Shown here: positions 12,322 through 49,227 of the stretch, in pieces
Layout of the letters: each line of letters opens with the position of its first letter
Position numbering within the stretch: position 1 is the stretch's first letter
NCBI GenBank assembly: GCA_001642005.1
Contig: LWCA01000037.1
Location: forward strand, 7,257-71,256
DNA length: 64,000 nt
Direction: 5' to 3'
Origin: Intoshia linei
Taxonomy: Eukaryota > Animalia > Orthonectida
The notes under the pieces: generated by a model
The model's input: the letters and a program-made list of their open reading frames with translations, nothing else
Told to the model about the DNA's origin: nothing
The model's database searches: none
Position numbers and translations under genes: made by a program

Positions 12322-15300
12322 TTATTCAGTTACATCTTCTAAATCTTTTTCTTTTATTCTAAATACATGCAGAAGAATGTAGATAATCGATGCGAAAGCA
12401 TATGAAACACCAACCATGATAAACATGTCGAAATATCTTCCAGTTGTCCTTATTATTTGAGCTAAATATACTTTTAGTTGTAATAATTTCATTTTTGTTT
12501 TATTTTATTATGAGAATATTTTTAAACCCAACCATTTTTACTAAAAATCCACTTTTATCAACCCTTAAGCGAAATTCCACTTTTACAAACTCTTTAGGGA
12601 AAATTCCGATTTTACAAATCCATTAGAGAAAAATCGAGTTTCACCAATCCTAAGGGAAAAATGTAGTCTTATTAACCCTAAAATGAAAAAATCAGTTTTA
12701 CCAACCCTTAAGACAGTGCTTTTCAACTATTTTTGGTTGGCAACACATATTTCAATCTCAAAAAATTTCGCGACACATCAATCAAAAAAATACACGATTG
12801 ATTAATAAATATAATTGAACCAATTTTTTTCTAATAATCTAAAAATAAGCTATGTAAAATTTATCATCGTCACTAAAAATATCTTTGATTTGCATTTTTA
12901 TGTCTTCCAATTGTATTGTCTGCTAATGAAATTTAAATAAAATTTTAAGTTTGGCGATACACAAAAGTTTCACGATACACTGGTTGGAAAGCACTGCCTT
13001 AAGGGATTAATTCACCTTTACAAACCCTAAAACTTGAAATTTTTCCTGAAGGTTTGGTAACACTAATGGTTTAATTTCAGTCTTGTAAAACTGAATTTTT
13101 CCCTTAAGATTTGGTAAAACAGGAATTTTCCCAAAAGGGTTGGTAAATTTTGATTTTCAGTAAAAATGATTAGATTTAAGTAAAAAATGGTTGGATTTAA
13201 GTAGACACCCTTTTATTACAGTGCTCGTTCTCCAAAGTGACCACTTTTGATGAACGAAGGATCGTGGAGAGTCAACAGTGGGTCCGTTGTAGATCAAAGT
13301 GATAGGCCCTATATACAAACTAAAAAAATATATATCCATGGTTTAACTATTTCTTCAGTGCTACACGGCTGGAGTAACAAAATTACACCAACACTTAAGT
13401 AAAAAATCCACTTAATAATATTATTTTTTTGAAATTTGTTCCTTCATTGCTTCGAAATATTTTTTATTGCTACGCAATTTTTCAATCTCAAAAATCTCAT
13501 TTTTAAAACATTTTGTTTATAACTTAAATTAAAACTACAACTTTGTCATTATCATTTTTATATTTATTACAATCCTTTGCAATATTGGTAAATTCACGTG
13601 AAATATGTTTATAAAGTGCTGATTCCGTTAATTATTGATACATAATTGGTATTTTTAAGTATTTATTAAATTGGTACAGAATATATATTATCACTTTGAA
13701 AATGACAAAATAGGATTTTATAATTTTATGTTTTCTGGAATTTATGCTATTTATGACAATTTTTAGGATCGGACTGTTTTTACTTTATTTTTAATAATAT
13801 ACACACATTCTGTCTAAAAATTAAAAAAATGGGATAACAATTGTTTGTAAAATTCTTTATACAAATGTTAACAAAATTAAGATGGAATAATTCAATTTAA
13901 AGTAAAAAGTAATATGATATGACAATTTCACCTGAAACAAGTTTGAGAACCACTCCTTTAAAGGATTGATAATAGTAAATAGTAGAATTTTAAGTTAGAT
14001 TTTCAACGTGTATTTATTTTTTTGGTATATTAAAAATGTGCCCTCGGCAGAGCTAGGTGCTGTTTGTACGTAGTACAATGTACTATATATAATTACTTGA
14101 ACAAAAAAATAATATTTTCAAATTTTACGTACTACAATCAAAATAAATTTTTTATTGGTCAAAATAGTCCACATGAACCACTTTGGCAACCCTTTTTTTA
14201 ATATATTCTGAATATCACGAAAAAAATAAGCAGGTTTATTCAATTGGACACAAAAAATGACAAGTTTCATTATTACATAATCAATACCAATTTATTTAAA
14301 CTGATGATTAATATTGATTTTTCGGTTTTTCTGATATTAATATTTCAACTAATGTATTAATTTACCGGCTATTTGAGGACCAATAGCTAAACCAATACCC
14401 ATACCGAACCGATAAATGACAAATAAATGTTTTATTTTGCGAGTGTTCATTATCTCTTCACAAGATACATACATTCCTGCAATTATTGGACCGCCGAATA
14501 ATCCTTGACCTATGTGAAACATGTACATTTTAATTTTGAATGCTTTTAACAAATTACCGATAACATAAAGATACATTTCAAATAATTGATTTGAAAACCC
14601 TCCTCCAATAGATATTAAAAAAAGAGATAATGCACAACCACCATAGATTATTAAAAACTTTCCTTCCAAAAATCGACCAATTGCTGATGTTAATAATCGA
14701 CTTGTTGCTTCTGATACACCATATATTGTTACTACTTGGACAGCATCAACAAGATGTATATTTTTTGATAACATGTATCGTATCTAAATTTTCACAGTAC
14801 AATTCAATAATAATTATAATTATTGGGCTAATTTTTTTTAGATAAAAAAACTGATAATGGTAAAATGTGATTTTTAAATACCCAATTTTGTAGCATATAC
14901 TAAAGAATATGGTCCCATGAGAAGAGTCGCACCTAACATGCACAAAATCCCTCTTTGGAGGCCAAATTGAGAATTTATAAAATTTCCATTTTTCATACAC
15001 TAGTCATGGCTCAACTGCTGTGGAAAGGTGGTTAGAGGCTATATGGAATAACGAATCTCTCGTCAAATTTTTAGGGACCTATTATTACATATTGATATCT
15101 CATAAGAGAGTATCGTAGATTCGGCTCCACCCGTTAACCGGGCCATGTGGATTCTGTTTATATGTAATCAAAATACAATGTATGACTTTATTTACTTACA
15201 TAAATTACCATATTAAATGTTTCCGACTTTTTTGACATACATTTTAGTATAACTAATAATTTTACATTTTTTTTGTTTTATCAGCTTATTTGTATTACAT

Positions 15301-17413
15301 GTATATTCGAAAAAACTGAATTATTTTTAATTCCAATTTAGTTATAAACATTATAATTCTACGATGTAATAGAATAGTTAGATTCTAATTATTTTAAATT
15401 TAACTTCATGTACGTGATTGTGATTAAGGTAATGACAAAAATTACTATATAAACGATTGGGGTATAATACCCAATAGCTTTGAAAAAAGAAGCAAAGAAT
15501 AATAAGATTTGAAGATAGAGAGACTTGCTTATCAATTTTTCTGGAATATTTTTTTGGACACTACTGCTACATTCACTATTCAAATATCCTCCGTAAGCTG
15601 ATGACAAATTACGAATTTTGAATTTTCCATCTTCTCGATAACTATTAATTCTGCCTGATTTCTGAGTGTCTGTTACAGCACATTCGGAGCATTCTGAAGT
15701 TAATTGTACTCCGAATAATGTTCCGTAGTGTGCTAAAATATCGTTAAACTTTACAAAATATTTATTTTAATATATGCTAATGACATTACTCAAATATTCT
15801 GAACAATGGACGAATCGTCCCTCAGGTCATGGGACTTGTGAAATATAAAAAATATTTCTTAGCCTATATCAAATAGTTAATATTTTACAACATAAAGATA
15901 CATACACTTAACAGGATTAATAATTCATGATATAATGATGAGATTCCCAAAGTTTTTATCTGGACAGATCATTTTGCTTTATATTTTTTGCAGGCTGTTT
16001 AAAATAGTATCCCTAAGAAATATTATCAGTGATAATTTATTACATTATTTTAGAACTAAGACCATGTCCTATATTCAAATTTTCAAATTTTTTAGCAGCC
16101 CTTCACTTAAATCAGTGGTTCACGATTCAAATAGTTTACGGACCCCATTTCAAAATATTTATGAAAAAATCTTCAATTTATTCATAAGATTTGATATAAT
16201 CGGGGTTTTCAAAACATTGGAAAAAGTTAATTTTTCCCTTAAGGGTTGGTAAAATTGTGTTTTTCACAAAAATATTCGAAAAATGTGATTTTTCCATTAA
16301 GGGTTAGTAAAATTGTATTTTTTATTTTGAATTTTAGATTATGAAGGTGCTACTCACAAGATTTGGCAAAATAGTGTTTTTCAAAAAAATATTGGAAAAA
16401 GTGGATTTTTCACCTAAGGTTTGGTAAAATTGTATTTTTTATTTTGAGGTTTGATTAAATTGACTTTTTCATAGGGTTTGGTAAAATCGGATTTTTCAAA
16501 AAAATATCGGCAAGATTTGATTTTTTCCTGAGGGTTTGAAATTTCACGATTACATTGTCGAGTGTTACATGATATAATTAAAATTTTTAAAGATCAAATA
16601 TAAATTTAATTACGTTGTATTTCATTTATAAGGGTTGTTTCTTCATTATCAACATTAGATGATTCATTAATTTCAACGACATTTGTATATGTGGTTTTTA
16701 GAGGAGGCTGAAAAATATATATTGAAACTGTGGTGAGTATAAGAATAGCTGTTCCATAAAAATAATATACATATACCCAACCATAATATTTTATCAAATG
16801 GTAGGATAATTTACTTCCAATTATGGCTCCTAAATTGAATTTAAAATTAAAACAAATTATACCAAAAAATATAATTTTTAATTTATACTAAATAAATTAC
16901 CGAAAGGATACCCTAAAGCTCCAATACTAGTTACGAAAGCATGCCACTTGTCATTCTTTGGAAAATACTTGTCTATGACATAAATGGGCTATTCAATTAA
17001 ATTAGATTATATTACTAGGAATGAAAAAATATTATATTTACCGATGTAATAATCATGGAGAATGAGAATGGGAAAATAAAAGCGATGAATAATATAAAGC
17101 AGTATTGATTTATAACTATTGCAAGATGAAATGAAGATATGGCCGCCAAAACGCCACCAATAAAGACAATTTTGGCGCAATCTAATACAGTATTATCTTC
17201 AACATACTGAACAAGAGATGAGCATACCAGAGGTAACGAGAAACTAGCAGCACATATAAACCCAATTACATTTTCTGTATAATTAAATTGGCTCTTTATA
17301 TTTATTATAATTTGACTGAGTGACTCCAAATAACAACACATTGTAGTGTACTGTAAAAAATATGTGGGAACTACCAAAATTTTTCGAATTCGATGGTGAA
17401 TCCTTGTCACCAT
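12322..17413 (-). CDS. MFS transporter, monocarboxylate transporter (SLC16)-like
   Basis: Multiple hydrophobic TM exons: DKYFPKNDKWHAFVTSIGALG, IKYYGW, GYYTPIVY, SEATSRLL, GIGLAIGPQIAG; last exon TTGRYFDMF..DVTE*. Confidence 0.75.
12524..13210. mobile_element. Foldback-like element made of inverted arrays of a ~28 bp unit (TTTTACCAACCCTTAAGGGAAAAATC)
   Basis: Units in the left arm run one way and units in the right arm are reversed. The right terminus is the reverse complement of GGGTGTCTACTTAAATCCAACCATTTTT, which is also seen at 18975 and 63950. Confidence 0.55.
12714..12996. mobile_element. hAT-type MITE inserted in the foldback element
   Basis: TIR CAGTGCTTTTCAAC...GTTGGAAAGCACTG with 8-bp TSD CCTTAAGA/CCTTAAGG. 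Confidence 0.8.
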
Positions 17414-17801
17414 ATCTTGCAATTTTAATATTCTTTTATACAATGTTGTGATAATTAAAAATATTTCTACAATTAATCTAGATTTTCTTGTAATTTTTCA
17501 TTTATCACGCTCTATAGATTTATCTATAGATCACTTGTCATTTATGGCCTATAATTTCTGTTAAATGTGTAATTTAAAATACACATTTGTTATTTCAAAT
17601 TCAATGCTAAAATGTTACATCTTTATAATCTACATAACAATATTTAAAATCAAGTATTCATCAAAAATATATACATTGTGGTCAATTCTTGGATGGCTTC
17701 ATTCATTATTCACCAAATATTTTTTCATAGTAATGTAGGATTACAAAAATTTGACGACCACCGGATTAATCTATAATTCGTTATTTTTTACTTACATAAT
17801 A

Positions 17802-18671
17802 CAGGCTAATTACGAGTTAACGGAATAATTTGCCCTGGAAAAAATCCTATTCCGTTAACGATGAATTTTTTGGGGAAAAACGTTTTCGTTAACGAATTTT
17901 TTATAAATAATATATACATTAAAACAGTGGTTCCGGATTGGGGTCCCAAATTATATGGCTGGGGCGGGTGAGATTTAAATTAAATATGGAAAAATTTTAA
18001 TTAACTTTTGTTTATTTTTATAGGATAATTTTTAATATTTATTACAGACTTTTTTAAATGTTGATTATCCAAAAGTCTAGAAGATGCTACCTTATTATTT
18101 CAAAAATCACACTTTTATTCCACCATTAATAAAATTTAATCAAAAATACCATTTCAAGCACTAGGGGGAAATTGACTTTTACCCATATTTTTTTGAAAAA
18201 TCCAATAGTAACAACCCTTAAGGAAAAAATACCCTTTTCCCAATATTTTTTTGAAAAACAAGATTTTACCAAACCTTAAGGAAAAAATCACCTTTTTCCA
18301 ATATTATTTTGAAAAACACGATTTTACCAAATCCTGTGAGTAACACCCTCATAATCCAAAATTCAAAATAAAAAATACAATTTTACCAAACCTTAAGGGA
18401 AAAATCACCTTTTTCCACTTTTTCAATTTACCAATTTTTTCATCGCAGTTTTATATTTCATGTTTCCCTTGAAATGTTTAAAAAAATAAATATTTTAAAA
18501 TGGAAGTCCGTACACTATTTGAACAGGGAACCACTGAATTAAAACAATTAAAAAATTAAAATATTTTGATTTTCATTCCATTTAACCTATATTTGTAGGT
18601 CATCCGGTAGTAGTCCCTTAATCAGGATTTTTTTCCGTAACGAGGAATTCCGTTAAATAGAAATTAGCCTG
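17802..18671. mobile_element. Tc1/mariner-type MITE with a nested hAT MITE (17925-18536)
   Basis: Outer element TA|CAGGCTAATT..TTAACGGAAT ... ATTCCGTTAA..AATTAGCCTG|TA. Inner element CAGTGGTTCC...GGAACCACTG with TSD CATTAAAA/AATTAAAA and an internal minisatellite. Confidence 0.75.
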
Positions 18672-19180
18672 TATTTAAAATATAGTACCGATAAATAAGA
18701 TGAACTAGTCGTGAAAATGTTGAAGAGTGAAGGATAATACAGAATGTACAGAGAAAATTTACAATACAAAATGTAATTTCAAATTTTGATTAAATCTTAT
18801 TTCATTTATGGAAATATGAATGATAATTATCATTTCCTATTATAATAAGATATTGTCTGTTAAAAAATAGTAAACGCAATTTTAACGTATCTTACGTTAT
18901 CATTACTTAGTATATAGCATTTCCGTATGAAAAATTAATGTCTGTGTGTGTTTGTTACGGCTTATTTAAAAAATGGATGTCTACTTAAGTCCGACCATTT
19001 TTACTAAAATCAAAATTTACAACTCTTTAGGAAAAATTTCTGTTTTACCAAACCTTAAAAGAAAAATGCAGTTAAGGTTTTAATTTTTTGGGGTTGGTAA
19101 GACGGAATTTTTCCCTTAAGGATTGATAAAACTAGATTTTTCATTTTAGGGTAAATAAGACTGAATTTTTCCCTTAAAGC

Positions 19181-19455
19181 TAGTGATTGTGATTTCCCGG
19201 GAAAAATAAAAAATTTTTATTCACATATAATATTAATTTTAGAAACAAAAAGAAATTTAATTAATGAAATAACACGAATCTAGATTGAAAGTTACAAATT
19301 GAGTTTGATGCAGTGGATTTTTTTCATAAGATTTTGTAAAATCGGATTTATGAAAAGAATATCGGTGTAAGACAATTTTTCCATGAGGGCTTGAAATGGT
19401 ATTTTTGATTAAATTTTATTAGTGGTGGGATTTTTGAAATGGTAAATTTTAAATA
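19181..19455 (-). mobile_element. Internally deleted reversed copy of the hAT-derived TAGTGATTG element
   Basis: Begins TAGTGATTGTGATTTCCCGGG and matches the reverse complement of segments of 37610-38340. Confidence 0.6.
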
Positions 19456-20273
19456 TCCTATTTTATATAATATGCTACGCAATATTTGTTTTTGTGTGTT
19501 CCACTTTATTGAAATAACTACCAGTATTAGAATTTTATAAAGTCCACATTTCAATTACAGTTTTTTCAGGGACATATAATAAGATAAATTTTAATCTCCC
19601 AAACTTACATCTTACGGATCAATAACCTCAATTATTCTTCTTTTTGAAAATTAAACGTGTTGGAGAATTAAAAAAAATATATACGCTGATACGGATTTTA
19701 AAATCATAAATATTATCATAAATTTAAATTTAAAAAAATTATATTTTCAAAGCCAAAACCACAAATTACCCTGTTTTTTTAATGAAAACAGCTCTAGAAT
19801 TTAAAAAAACAAGCAAGGACAATTTTTGATATTTTTACTGGTAAGGCATAAAATTAATCCTTTTTATCAAAAGATTTTAAGGGTGGTATGATATTTTTAG
19901 GGATTTATTTCTGCAATATTTGTATGGATGCTGCCTTCATTTCTAAACGGTTCACAATCCTAGACAAATACTCATTTTCACATGTACGCTATTTATAAAG
20001 ATGTTAGTATTCAGGATTAAATTAAGCCTACTAATCCTTATGAGAATGGGTGTTGATTGGAGATAACTAATCTAGTTAAATTAATTACACACACTTGTTT
20101 TTCTGGGTGTGTATTTCTGTTTTTAATTGATTTTTTTAACCCATTTAAATTTTTTTACTTTTTGTCAATAAAATGTAAAATAAGTGTAAATAAGCAACCA
20201 CAACATTGAAATTTTATAAAATAAAGTCTTTTTCATAATTAAAACAAACAAATTTTTGAACGACATTAAATTT

Positions 20274-21233
20274 ATGGATAAAAAAATGTTGATTAGCGCT
20301 ATTGCAGCGTTTTTTCGCCGTGAAAAGGAAAATTTTGGCAAAGAAAATAAGATTAGCCAAGTTAATGGTGTAGATTCAATTTTAAATTTAATGAAAAGCG
20401 TTTACGCTAATCAAATTGACGAAACAATGGATTCGTCAATATTAGATAAATTGATTATTTCTAGTGAAAATATCCCACATATGACAGTTTTAAACACTGA
20501 AGCAGATGATTGGAAAGTCAAAGGAAACAATTTGATGATTGAACAGAAATTAGACGTAATTTTTAATAAATATAGTTTATTTAATCTAATTTAGGAAGCT
20601 TTAGTATGTTACGATAAAGCTATCGAAATTAACCCAAGGAACCCAGTTTTCTATGGAAACAAAGCAGCCGTGTTGAACAAAAAGAAGGATTTTTTAGGAT
20701 CAATTTACTACTGTGACTTGGCAATTGAAATCGACCCACAATATTCAAAAGCCTTTAGTAGGAAAGGATTAGCATTGGTAGGTCTGAATAAACACGAAGA
20801 TGCTGTTAAATGTTACGAAAAAGCGATAGAATTGGATCCGAAAAATGAATCCTATAAAAAAAATTTGCAAATTGCAAAATCCAAACTCCCACAAATTGAA
20901 ACTCAGACAGCTAATCCGGCTGCAGCTCAAAGTCCTATTCCCGGTTTGAATTTCGCGGAATTGATGAATAATCCAAATATAATGAATCTTGCGAGTCAAG
21001 TCATGCAAGATCCTAATTTACAACAAACTATGGCTTCGATAATGCAAAATAGTGAAGCTAACTCACCCAACAATGCAATGAACGCTTTCACCAATTTTAT
21101 ATCACAAAATCCAAACTTGGTGAATAATTTGATGGGAAGTTTAAACATTAATCAGAATCAAAATGAAAACCCAAACGATGAAACTGACAAGGAAAAAGAA
21201 AAAGAGAATCAGAGTGACGAAGATATGTCTTAG
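20274..21233 (+). CDS. SGTA: Small glutamine-rich TPR co-chaperone (SGT)
   Basis: N-terminal MDKKMLISAIAAFF, three TPRs (ADDWKVKGNNLM..AIEIDPQYSKAFSRKGLA..AIELDPKN) and an N/Q/M-rich STI1 tail. Intron at 20556-20594. Confidence 0.9.
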
Positions 21234-21384
21234 TTCGTTAATAAACATTTATTTTTAATCTTGTGACCTGACATAATAAATTTAGTTAATAGCAACTAGT
21301 TAATCGTATTGTAAACAACTTAGTTTGAATTCGAGTTTTTCAATTTACTGTTTAGAATCAATGTCGACATGCTAGAAAACTGAC

Positions 21385-40936
<19,552 letters not shown>

Positions 40937-41454
40937 AAAAATGCTGATTCTATTATGTATATAGACACCGTCATATTTATTACATTTTTATTTTCATTTT
41001 TTTTATACTAATCATCCCACATTTGTGAATACTCAAATTTAATTTATTGGCTCAGTTTTTATTAATTATATCTGTAGATTAACAAGAATGTAATTAACCC
41101 TTAGATAATGCGAGCCACGTTTGAATGAAAATAATTTACATTAATTCTTATATCATTTTTACTTTTTAGCAGGGCTGGCTGAAATCCTGATACCAGCTGT
41201 ATTCAGTACAGCTGGTGCCACCCCTGCTTATTAGTAAAGAAATAAAAATTAATTTACAATGTATGCTAATGACACGTTTTAGCATTCAATTTATACATTA
41301 TACTTGTTTATATAAAAGTTAAAATTCTGAGCTGTAAGATGCATATGAAAAATACAATGTTTTGGACGCACCCAATACTCAGATCTCAATAGTTTTGATT
41401 TTATTGAAAATTTTAATACTCATATCTGAGTTCTTTGGAGTCTAAGGCTTAAAA

Positions 41455-41656
41455 CAGTGGTTTTCAACCTTTTTGTGTTCGCGACTCCGTTATAAACATA
41501 AAAAATTTTGCGACCCAAAAATTTTCAGAATGTAAAAATATTTCCGTAACATTATTACTGTCAATAATATATTAAAATAAATAAATGTATTCATAAAATT
41601 TTCAAATTTTCACCACCCCCTGATTAATTTCGCGACCCCCTGGTTGAAAAGCAATG
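41455..41656. mobile_element. hAT-type MITE, 202 bp
   Basis: CAGTGGTTTTCAACC...GGTTGAAAAGCAATG with a perfect 8-bp TSD GCTTAAAA. Confidence 0.85.
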
Positions 41657-42337
41657 GCTTAAAACAATGAACGTGAAAGAGATTGATAATAAAAAAATTT
41701 AATTAAAACTTAACTAGAGAGTTTACTTTTCGATTTGACAAATGTAAACTTCTATATCGTTAAATATGTTGTGTATTTTAGTACTGAATTCACTGTTTTA
41801 AAATTTTATTTCAATTCGAATAATTGCTGCTAAATTGAAGTTTACTCTAGAAATAAAATTGCATCTATATCCAATTTTGGCTCTAAGAAGCTAAAAAAAA
41901 TATTTCATCTTAAAATAATGCGTGCTTATTGGCGTGATTAGAATTATACATTAATTTTTAATTTATCAGCAAAAATGCGAAATTACACAAGGTTACATCA
42001 CCTTTTTCTTGAAAATGGTTATGTTTGTATCGTTTTGCAATAACACTGATACGTTCGCTTAAAAATCAACGACGGTACGTATTAATTATGAAATTTGATA
42101 GCTTTATTCACAACTCACCTGTTGGAAAGAACCTTTACATCCCGTAATATATTTAGTTCTATCAACTAGAATAAATGTTAACGACCGAATTGAAAACAAA
42201 ATTAGTTTTAAACCAGTATTGGACAATTTAAATAAAACATATTTATACTGTATAACTAGCCAAACATTTAATATTTGTACACGCTAGATTATTTATTTTA
42301 AAAAATTATACATCTAAAGGTGTTTATTGAATTAGAT

Positions 42338-44669
<2,332 letters not shown>

Positions 44670-44673
<4 letters not shown>

Positions 44674-45517
44674 TGATTAAAATTATCAAATTCATGTGTG
44701 TTAAAGTAAACTCCAATAGATATACAAGATATTAATGTAACTATAATTCCACAAATATTAAACCAGAGAGAAATATTACTATACTTTACTGAGGTCTTAA
44801 AATTGGTGGTTCCGGAAGCCATGAGCGAAAAGAATAATGCAATTATACCTAAAAAATAAAGTATTAAGTATAAATATAATTAATGCAATCTTTAATCAAT
44901 GTTAATACAATTCCAGTTGATATAAATACAAAATTTCCAAAAAAACTAATAAAATTCACACCCTAGTCTACACATTTCCTATAGAGATATGTGTGGAAAT
45001 CTCATCAATTGATTCCTTCGTTTTTTTTTATTTTCATACTGTTCTTAATTTATTTTTAAGATACACTCATTCTCTTAAATTAAAGAAATGGGATGATAAA
45101 ATTTTTACAAAATTCTTTACACAAACGCTACAAAATAAAATTAAGTCGGAATAATTCACTTTAAATTAAAAGGTAATGTTAAATGACGGGTCCAATGTGA
45201 AACTTTGTCCAAATGTGTTAAGTGCTGTTTGTACAAAGTACATAACAATCAAGCTAGTATATATAAATTTTACATATAAAACGTTATATTTCAATTTGTA
45301 TTTTCATTGTATAATTACCGAAAAGAGGATTACAACAAAAAAGAGTAAATATTGATAAAAGCGTATAATTTCTAGAGTTGGTGACGTTATTAACATACAC
45401 AACATTTACGGGCTGAGAGACTACAACAGTTTGAGGTCGATCCGTAAGCACTACATCCTCGTATGGTGGAGCGTTTTCATAATTTTTGTCATTGTTCACA
45501 AGTGGTTCAGTATACAT
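44670..45517 (-). CDS. CD225/dispanin (IFITM/PRRT-like) membrane protein, 2 exons
   Basis: PPPY-like APPY motif; NYTLLSIFTLFCCNPLF|GIIALFFS (CD225 CC..GI.AL motif with the usual intron position); second TM segment; ends ..DNFNH*. Confidence 0.85.
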
Positions 45518-46118
45518 TTACTAAATTTTTAAACTTTAGCAGATGTATTTTAAATAAATAAGTAATTGACAAAATTTAATTCAGTAAAGATTAAAACAAA
45601 TACAGTAACAGCATGCATACTGTAAATCCCAAAATATACCTATTTAAATTTCAAATCCTCTTCGAAAATGAAGTATGCTATGACGACAGTACTATAAAAT
45701 GATTTTCTAGTTTCTCATGTCACACATTATCTTTTATGCATTTCAATTTTTTTTTTTCTGTTAATTTTTATACTTGAAATTACAATTATGTCATAATTTA
45801 GTATAGTTAATAGGGTGTCCACTTTTTTAAAAATCAAAAAGTATATTTGCATATAGATGTATTTTTATGCGCTGATCACGATTATGTATACACTTTATGT
45901 TTTAATTAAGATTTTCTTCGCCTATTTTTTAAAACGTCTTTTAATAAAATAAACGTAAACATACCTTTATTTATTTTACAACACAATTGAATTTAATATT
46001 GATAAATGCCAAAAGTTAATAATTTAATCTGTAAAAATGGTTTGAATTGGACACGTTCATATGGTGTAGTGATTAGTGTACCTCTAGATCAGGGGTGCAC
46101 AACCTGCGGCCTTACGGN

Positions 46119-46773
46119 ATTTAAAATTTACCATTTCAAAAATTCCACCACTAATAAAATTTAATCAAAAATAACATTTCTAGCCCTCATGGAAAAATTA
46201 TCTTACACCGATAATCTTTTTAAAAATCCGATTTTACGAAATCTTATGAAAAAAATCCACTTCATCAAACCGCAAATAAAAAATTAATTTTCCAGCCCTT
46301 AATGGAAAAATATCCTTTTTCCAATACTTTTTTTAAAAACCTCTCATTCCAACCACAAATTACTAACGCTTAAGGGAATTATCCTATTTTTCCAATATTA
46401 TTTTAAAAAATATTATGAGTTGTTACGAACTGGAATGCTATCATCAAGATTGTTAAAATTAAAGGAAGCCCTTATAACCGTTCAACTTACGTCAACACAA
46501 AATGAAAGAAATTTCTCTACTGCTTCTATTTTCGTTACAAAACGTAGAACGTGTTTAAAAGACGAATCTATCAATATTATGTGTGCTTTGAAACACTTTT
46601 TCAACAATCTAAAATAAATAATTTTTTTCTAATTAAATTTGTAAATTTCAATCTAGATTCTGGTTATTTCATTAATTAAATTTCTTTTTGTTTCTAAAAT
46701 TTTTAATGCTTCTATATTATATATGAATACAAAAAATTTATTTTTCCCGGGAAATTAAAAATTAAATTTCCCG
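46119..46773 (+). mobile_element. Non-autonomous hAT element copy with transposase dimerisation remnant (ORF 46420-46617)
   Basis: TSTQNERNFSTASIFVTKRRTCLKDESINIMCALKHFF. Near-identical to 23877-24027, 37431-37608 and 37670-38310. Confidence 0.75.
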
Positions 46774-47250
46774 TCTTCTTCTAGTAAACTTCTAGGTTCT
46801 GATTAGAAAATTAATTTTTTCAAAATTATTTCGCGGACCGGCATTTGGGAAACGCTTTTATAGCGTATAGATCATGTATACGGTTATTATGTATATATAC
46901 GCAACCTCGCGAAAAATTTTGCGGTACACAGTTTGGGAATCATTGGTTGGGCTGTATTTTTAAAAAATAGAAAAATGGACTTGGTGATCAAATTTTTTAT
47001 TGGTAAAAGTAATAAAATGAATTAGTGGGAATCCAATTTAACATGATTTCATGACACTGGAAACACATGAATGTAAATTTTAACACATTTTAAAGTTTAA
47101 AATTTAAACGATCATAAACCATAATTTATAAAAATCTATATGTTTAGTTATTGAACGACGTTTGCAAGGTATTAGAAGACAAAAAATGGACAGATTACTA
47201 CCAAAAATAAAAATAACCGTTAGATACGTAGATTTGAAAATGTCAACATG

Positions 47251-48716
47251 TTATGACACCTTTAATAAATTTGACAATGTACATTGGCATGTCATGATCG
47301 ACATTGAGGTTTTACTCTGACGACTATGACTATGATAAGGACAATAAAGAGATTCTCTAATATCTGTGATGGGTGTTTGTTTTTGTTGAATAGGGATATT
47401 GTGAGTATAATTCTTATTGTGTATTTCGCAATTTTCAGTTTCACCATGATCAAAATAAGGTTTAGTATTATAAGCATCGTACATAGTATTAGAGCTGGCA
47501 TCATTTTTGGTAGACCTATTAATTTTGGATCTAAGCTTTAAATACTTTAAATACAAATAAAAATATTAATTACCTCTTTATATAAACTATGCACACAATT
47601 ATAGCAAATATGTATATGATTATAACTATTCCAATTCCAATTAGCATGAAATTGTACATGGCTAAATAAAACATTAATTAAGATAATAAAATATTAAAAT
47701 TATACTGATTAGAAAAACCGAAAACATTATCATTCATTGATAAGTCTAGATAATAATTACAAAAAAATGAAAGAAACTACGTAATTGACTGCAATTGAGT
47801 TTCCCCTTATCAGCAGACATCCATTCTCCATCGCCACATTTATAAATTTGGAAATTGTTAACCTTTTTGCAGTAAACAATTAAATGGGTCTTATAAATAT
47901 ATTTAGAATCGTTGTTATTACTTAGTTGATTAACTTTCGATTTAAAATTACTTTTATATTTAATTATAAAACTTTTCTCCACATTGGTGTAAATCTCGTA
48001 ATTTATATAAATATAAATTACATTGCTCAAACTAATGTATTGGGTTTTTTGAATATGAGAAAAATTTCAGTTTTGACTGGGGTAACTACAAATTTACCAT
48101 TTTTTATTTACGACTGGTTCGTAGATGTATCTAATAATATCCAGGCAATATTTGGATCTCTGGTTTAGATTGTTGTTATATTGTAGGTAATGTGAATTTG
48201 TAGGTCGGAACTCATTACCTTCTGTAAAAGACAAACTTTCGGATGCGAAATTATAAAAAATTAAGTGTAATTTTTCATACTCTATTACACTCAATTTGAG
48301 AGGAAATTGGTTAGAGCACGTGTCAAACGTCCAATTTTGAATATATTCCATAGATTTAGATAAATTCAAAGTTAAATTATTGCAAATATACGATGCAGCG
48401 ACTTTTATAACTAAAAATAACAACAAAAAAACAAAAAATTACCTTTTACGCAATGATATCTAACATCAAGGTAAACTGAAACATCTTTTAGGTACATATT
48501 CAAACGTAAAAGTTTAGGGTTGGAAACTTGAAATGAGCATTCTATTTTTCCAGAACATTCACGATTCACAAAATTAATGACATTAGCACGACAGCCAACA
48601 TATCCAAAATTCCTGGAAACGCATTTTCCTAGTTGCATTCGACCCAAATAAGCACTGTCTGCTCTGCTATACAGTATTGTTGACTCGTGTCTAAATTTAA
48701 TGGAACATAATATCAA
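47251..48716 (-). CDS. SUEL/galactose-rhamnose lectin-domain single-pass membrane protein; 5' end unresolved
   Basis: AYLGRMQLGKCVSRNFGYVGCRANV..CSGKIECSF..YLDVRYHCV, followed by a beta-rich domain, a TM exon (~47575-47660) and a cytoplasmic tail. Confidence 0.65.
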
Positions 48717-49227
48717 AATATACCTACCACCTAAATTCGTTTATTGGGCCTGTGCGAGGATATTAATCACAATGATTAACTTTAAAAGCATCCTAAAATC
48801 TTATCAACAAATTTATACATTCAATTTAGCGAAAAACTTGACTAAAATTACCCACAAAGAAAATATAATGTAGTTAATCTTTAGTGTATTGATTTTCAAT
48901 GTAGATTATTTTTTTAAATTAATTCAATTACATCAAATTAAATTGTGAGCTCTCGTTTCAGAAACAAAATTACCAGAAATGGGCAAGACCGTAGCGACAA
49001 AACACTTGTCGCTAATTTTAAAATTTACTAATGAAATTACAGTTCAACGACTTGGAATTTGATTTTCAATAAAGCCGCACAATAATTTGCTTTCTTGACT
49101 AATTATAATTATATACTTGAACATTTTAAAATGAATTAGTCATTCAATTCCATTAGGTAAAAGGTTTATATTGTATAAATTAGACAAATGCAAAAATTTT
49201 GTTCATTATAAACAATAGCACAAATTA

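Noticed and set aside
12520-19180. CRISPR-like regularly spaced repeats
   Set aside because: These are degenerate tandem units without unique spacers, in a eukaryote with no cas genes.
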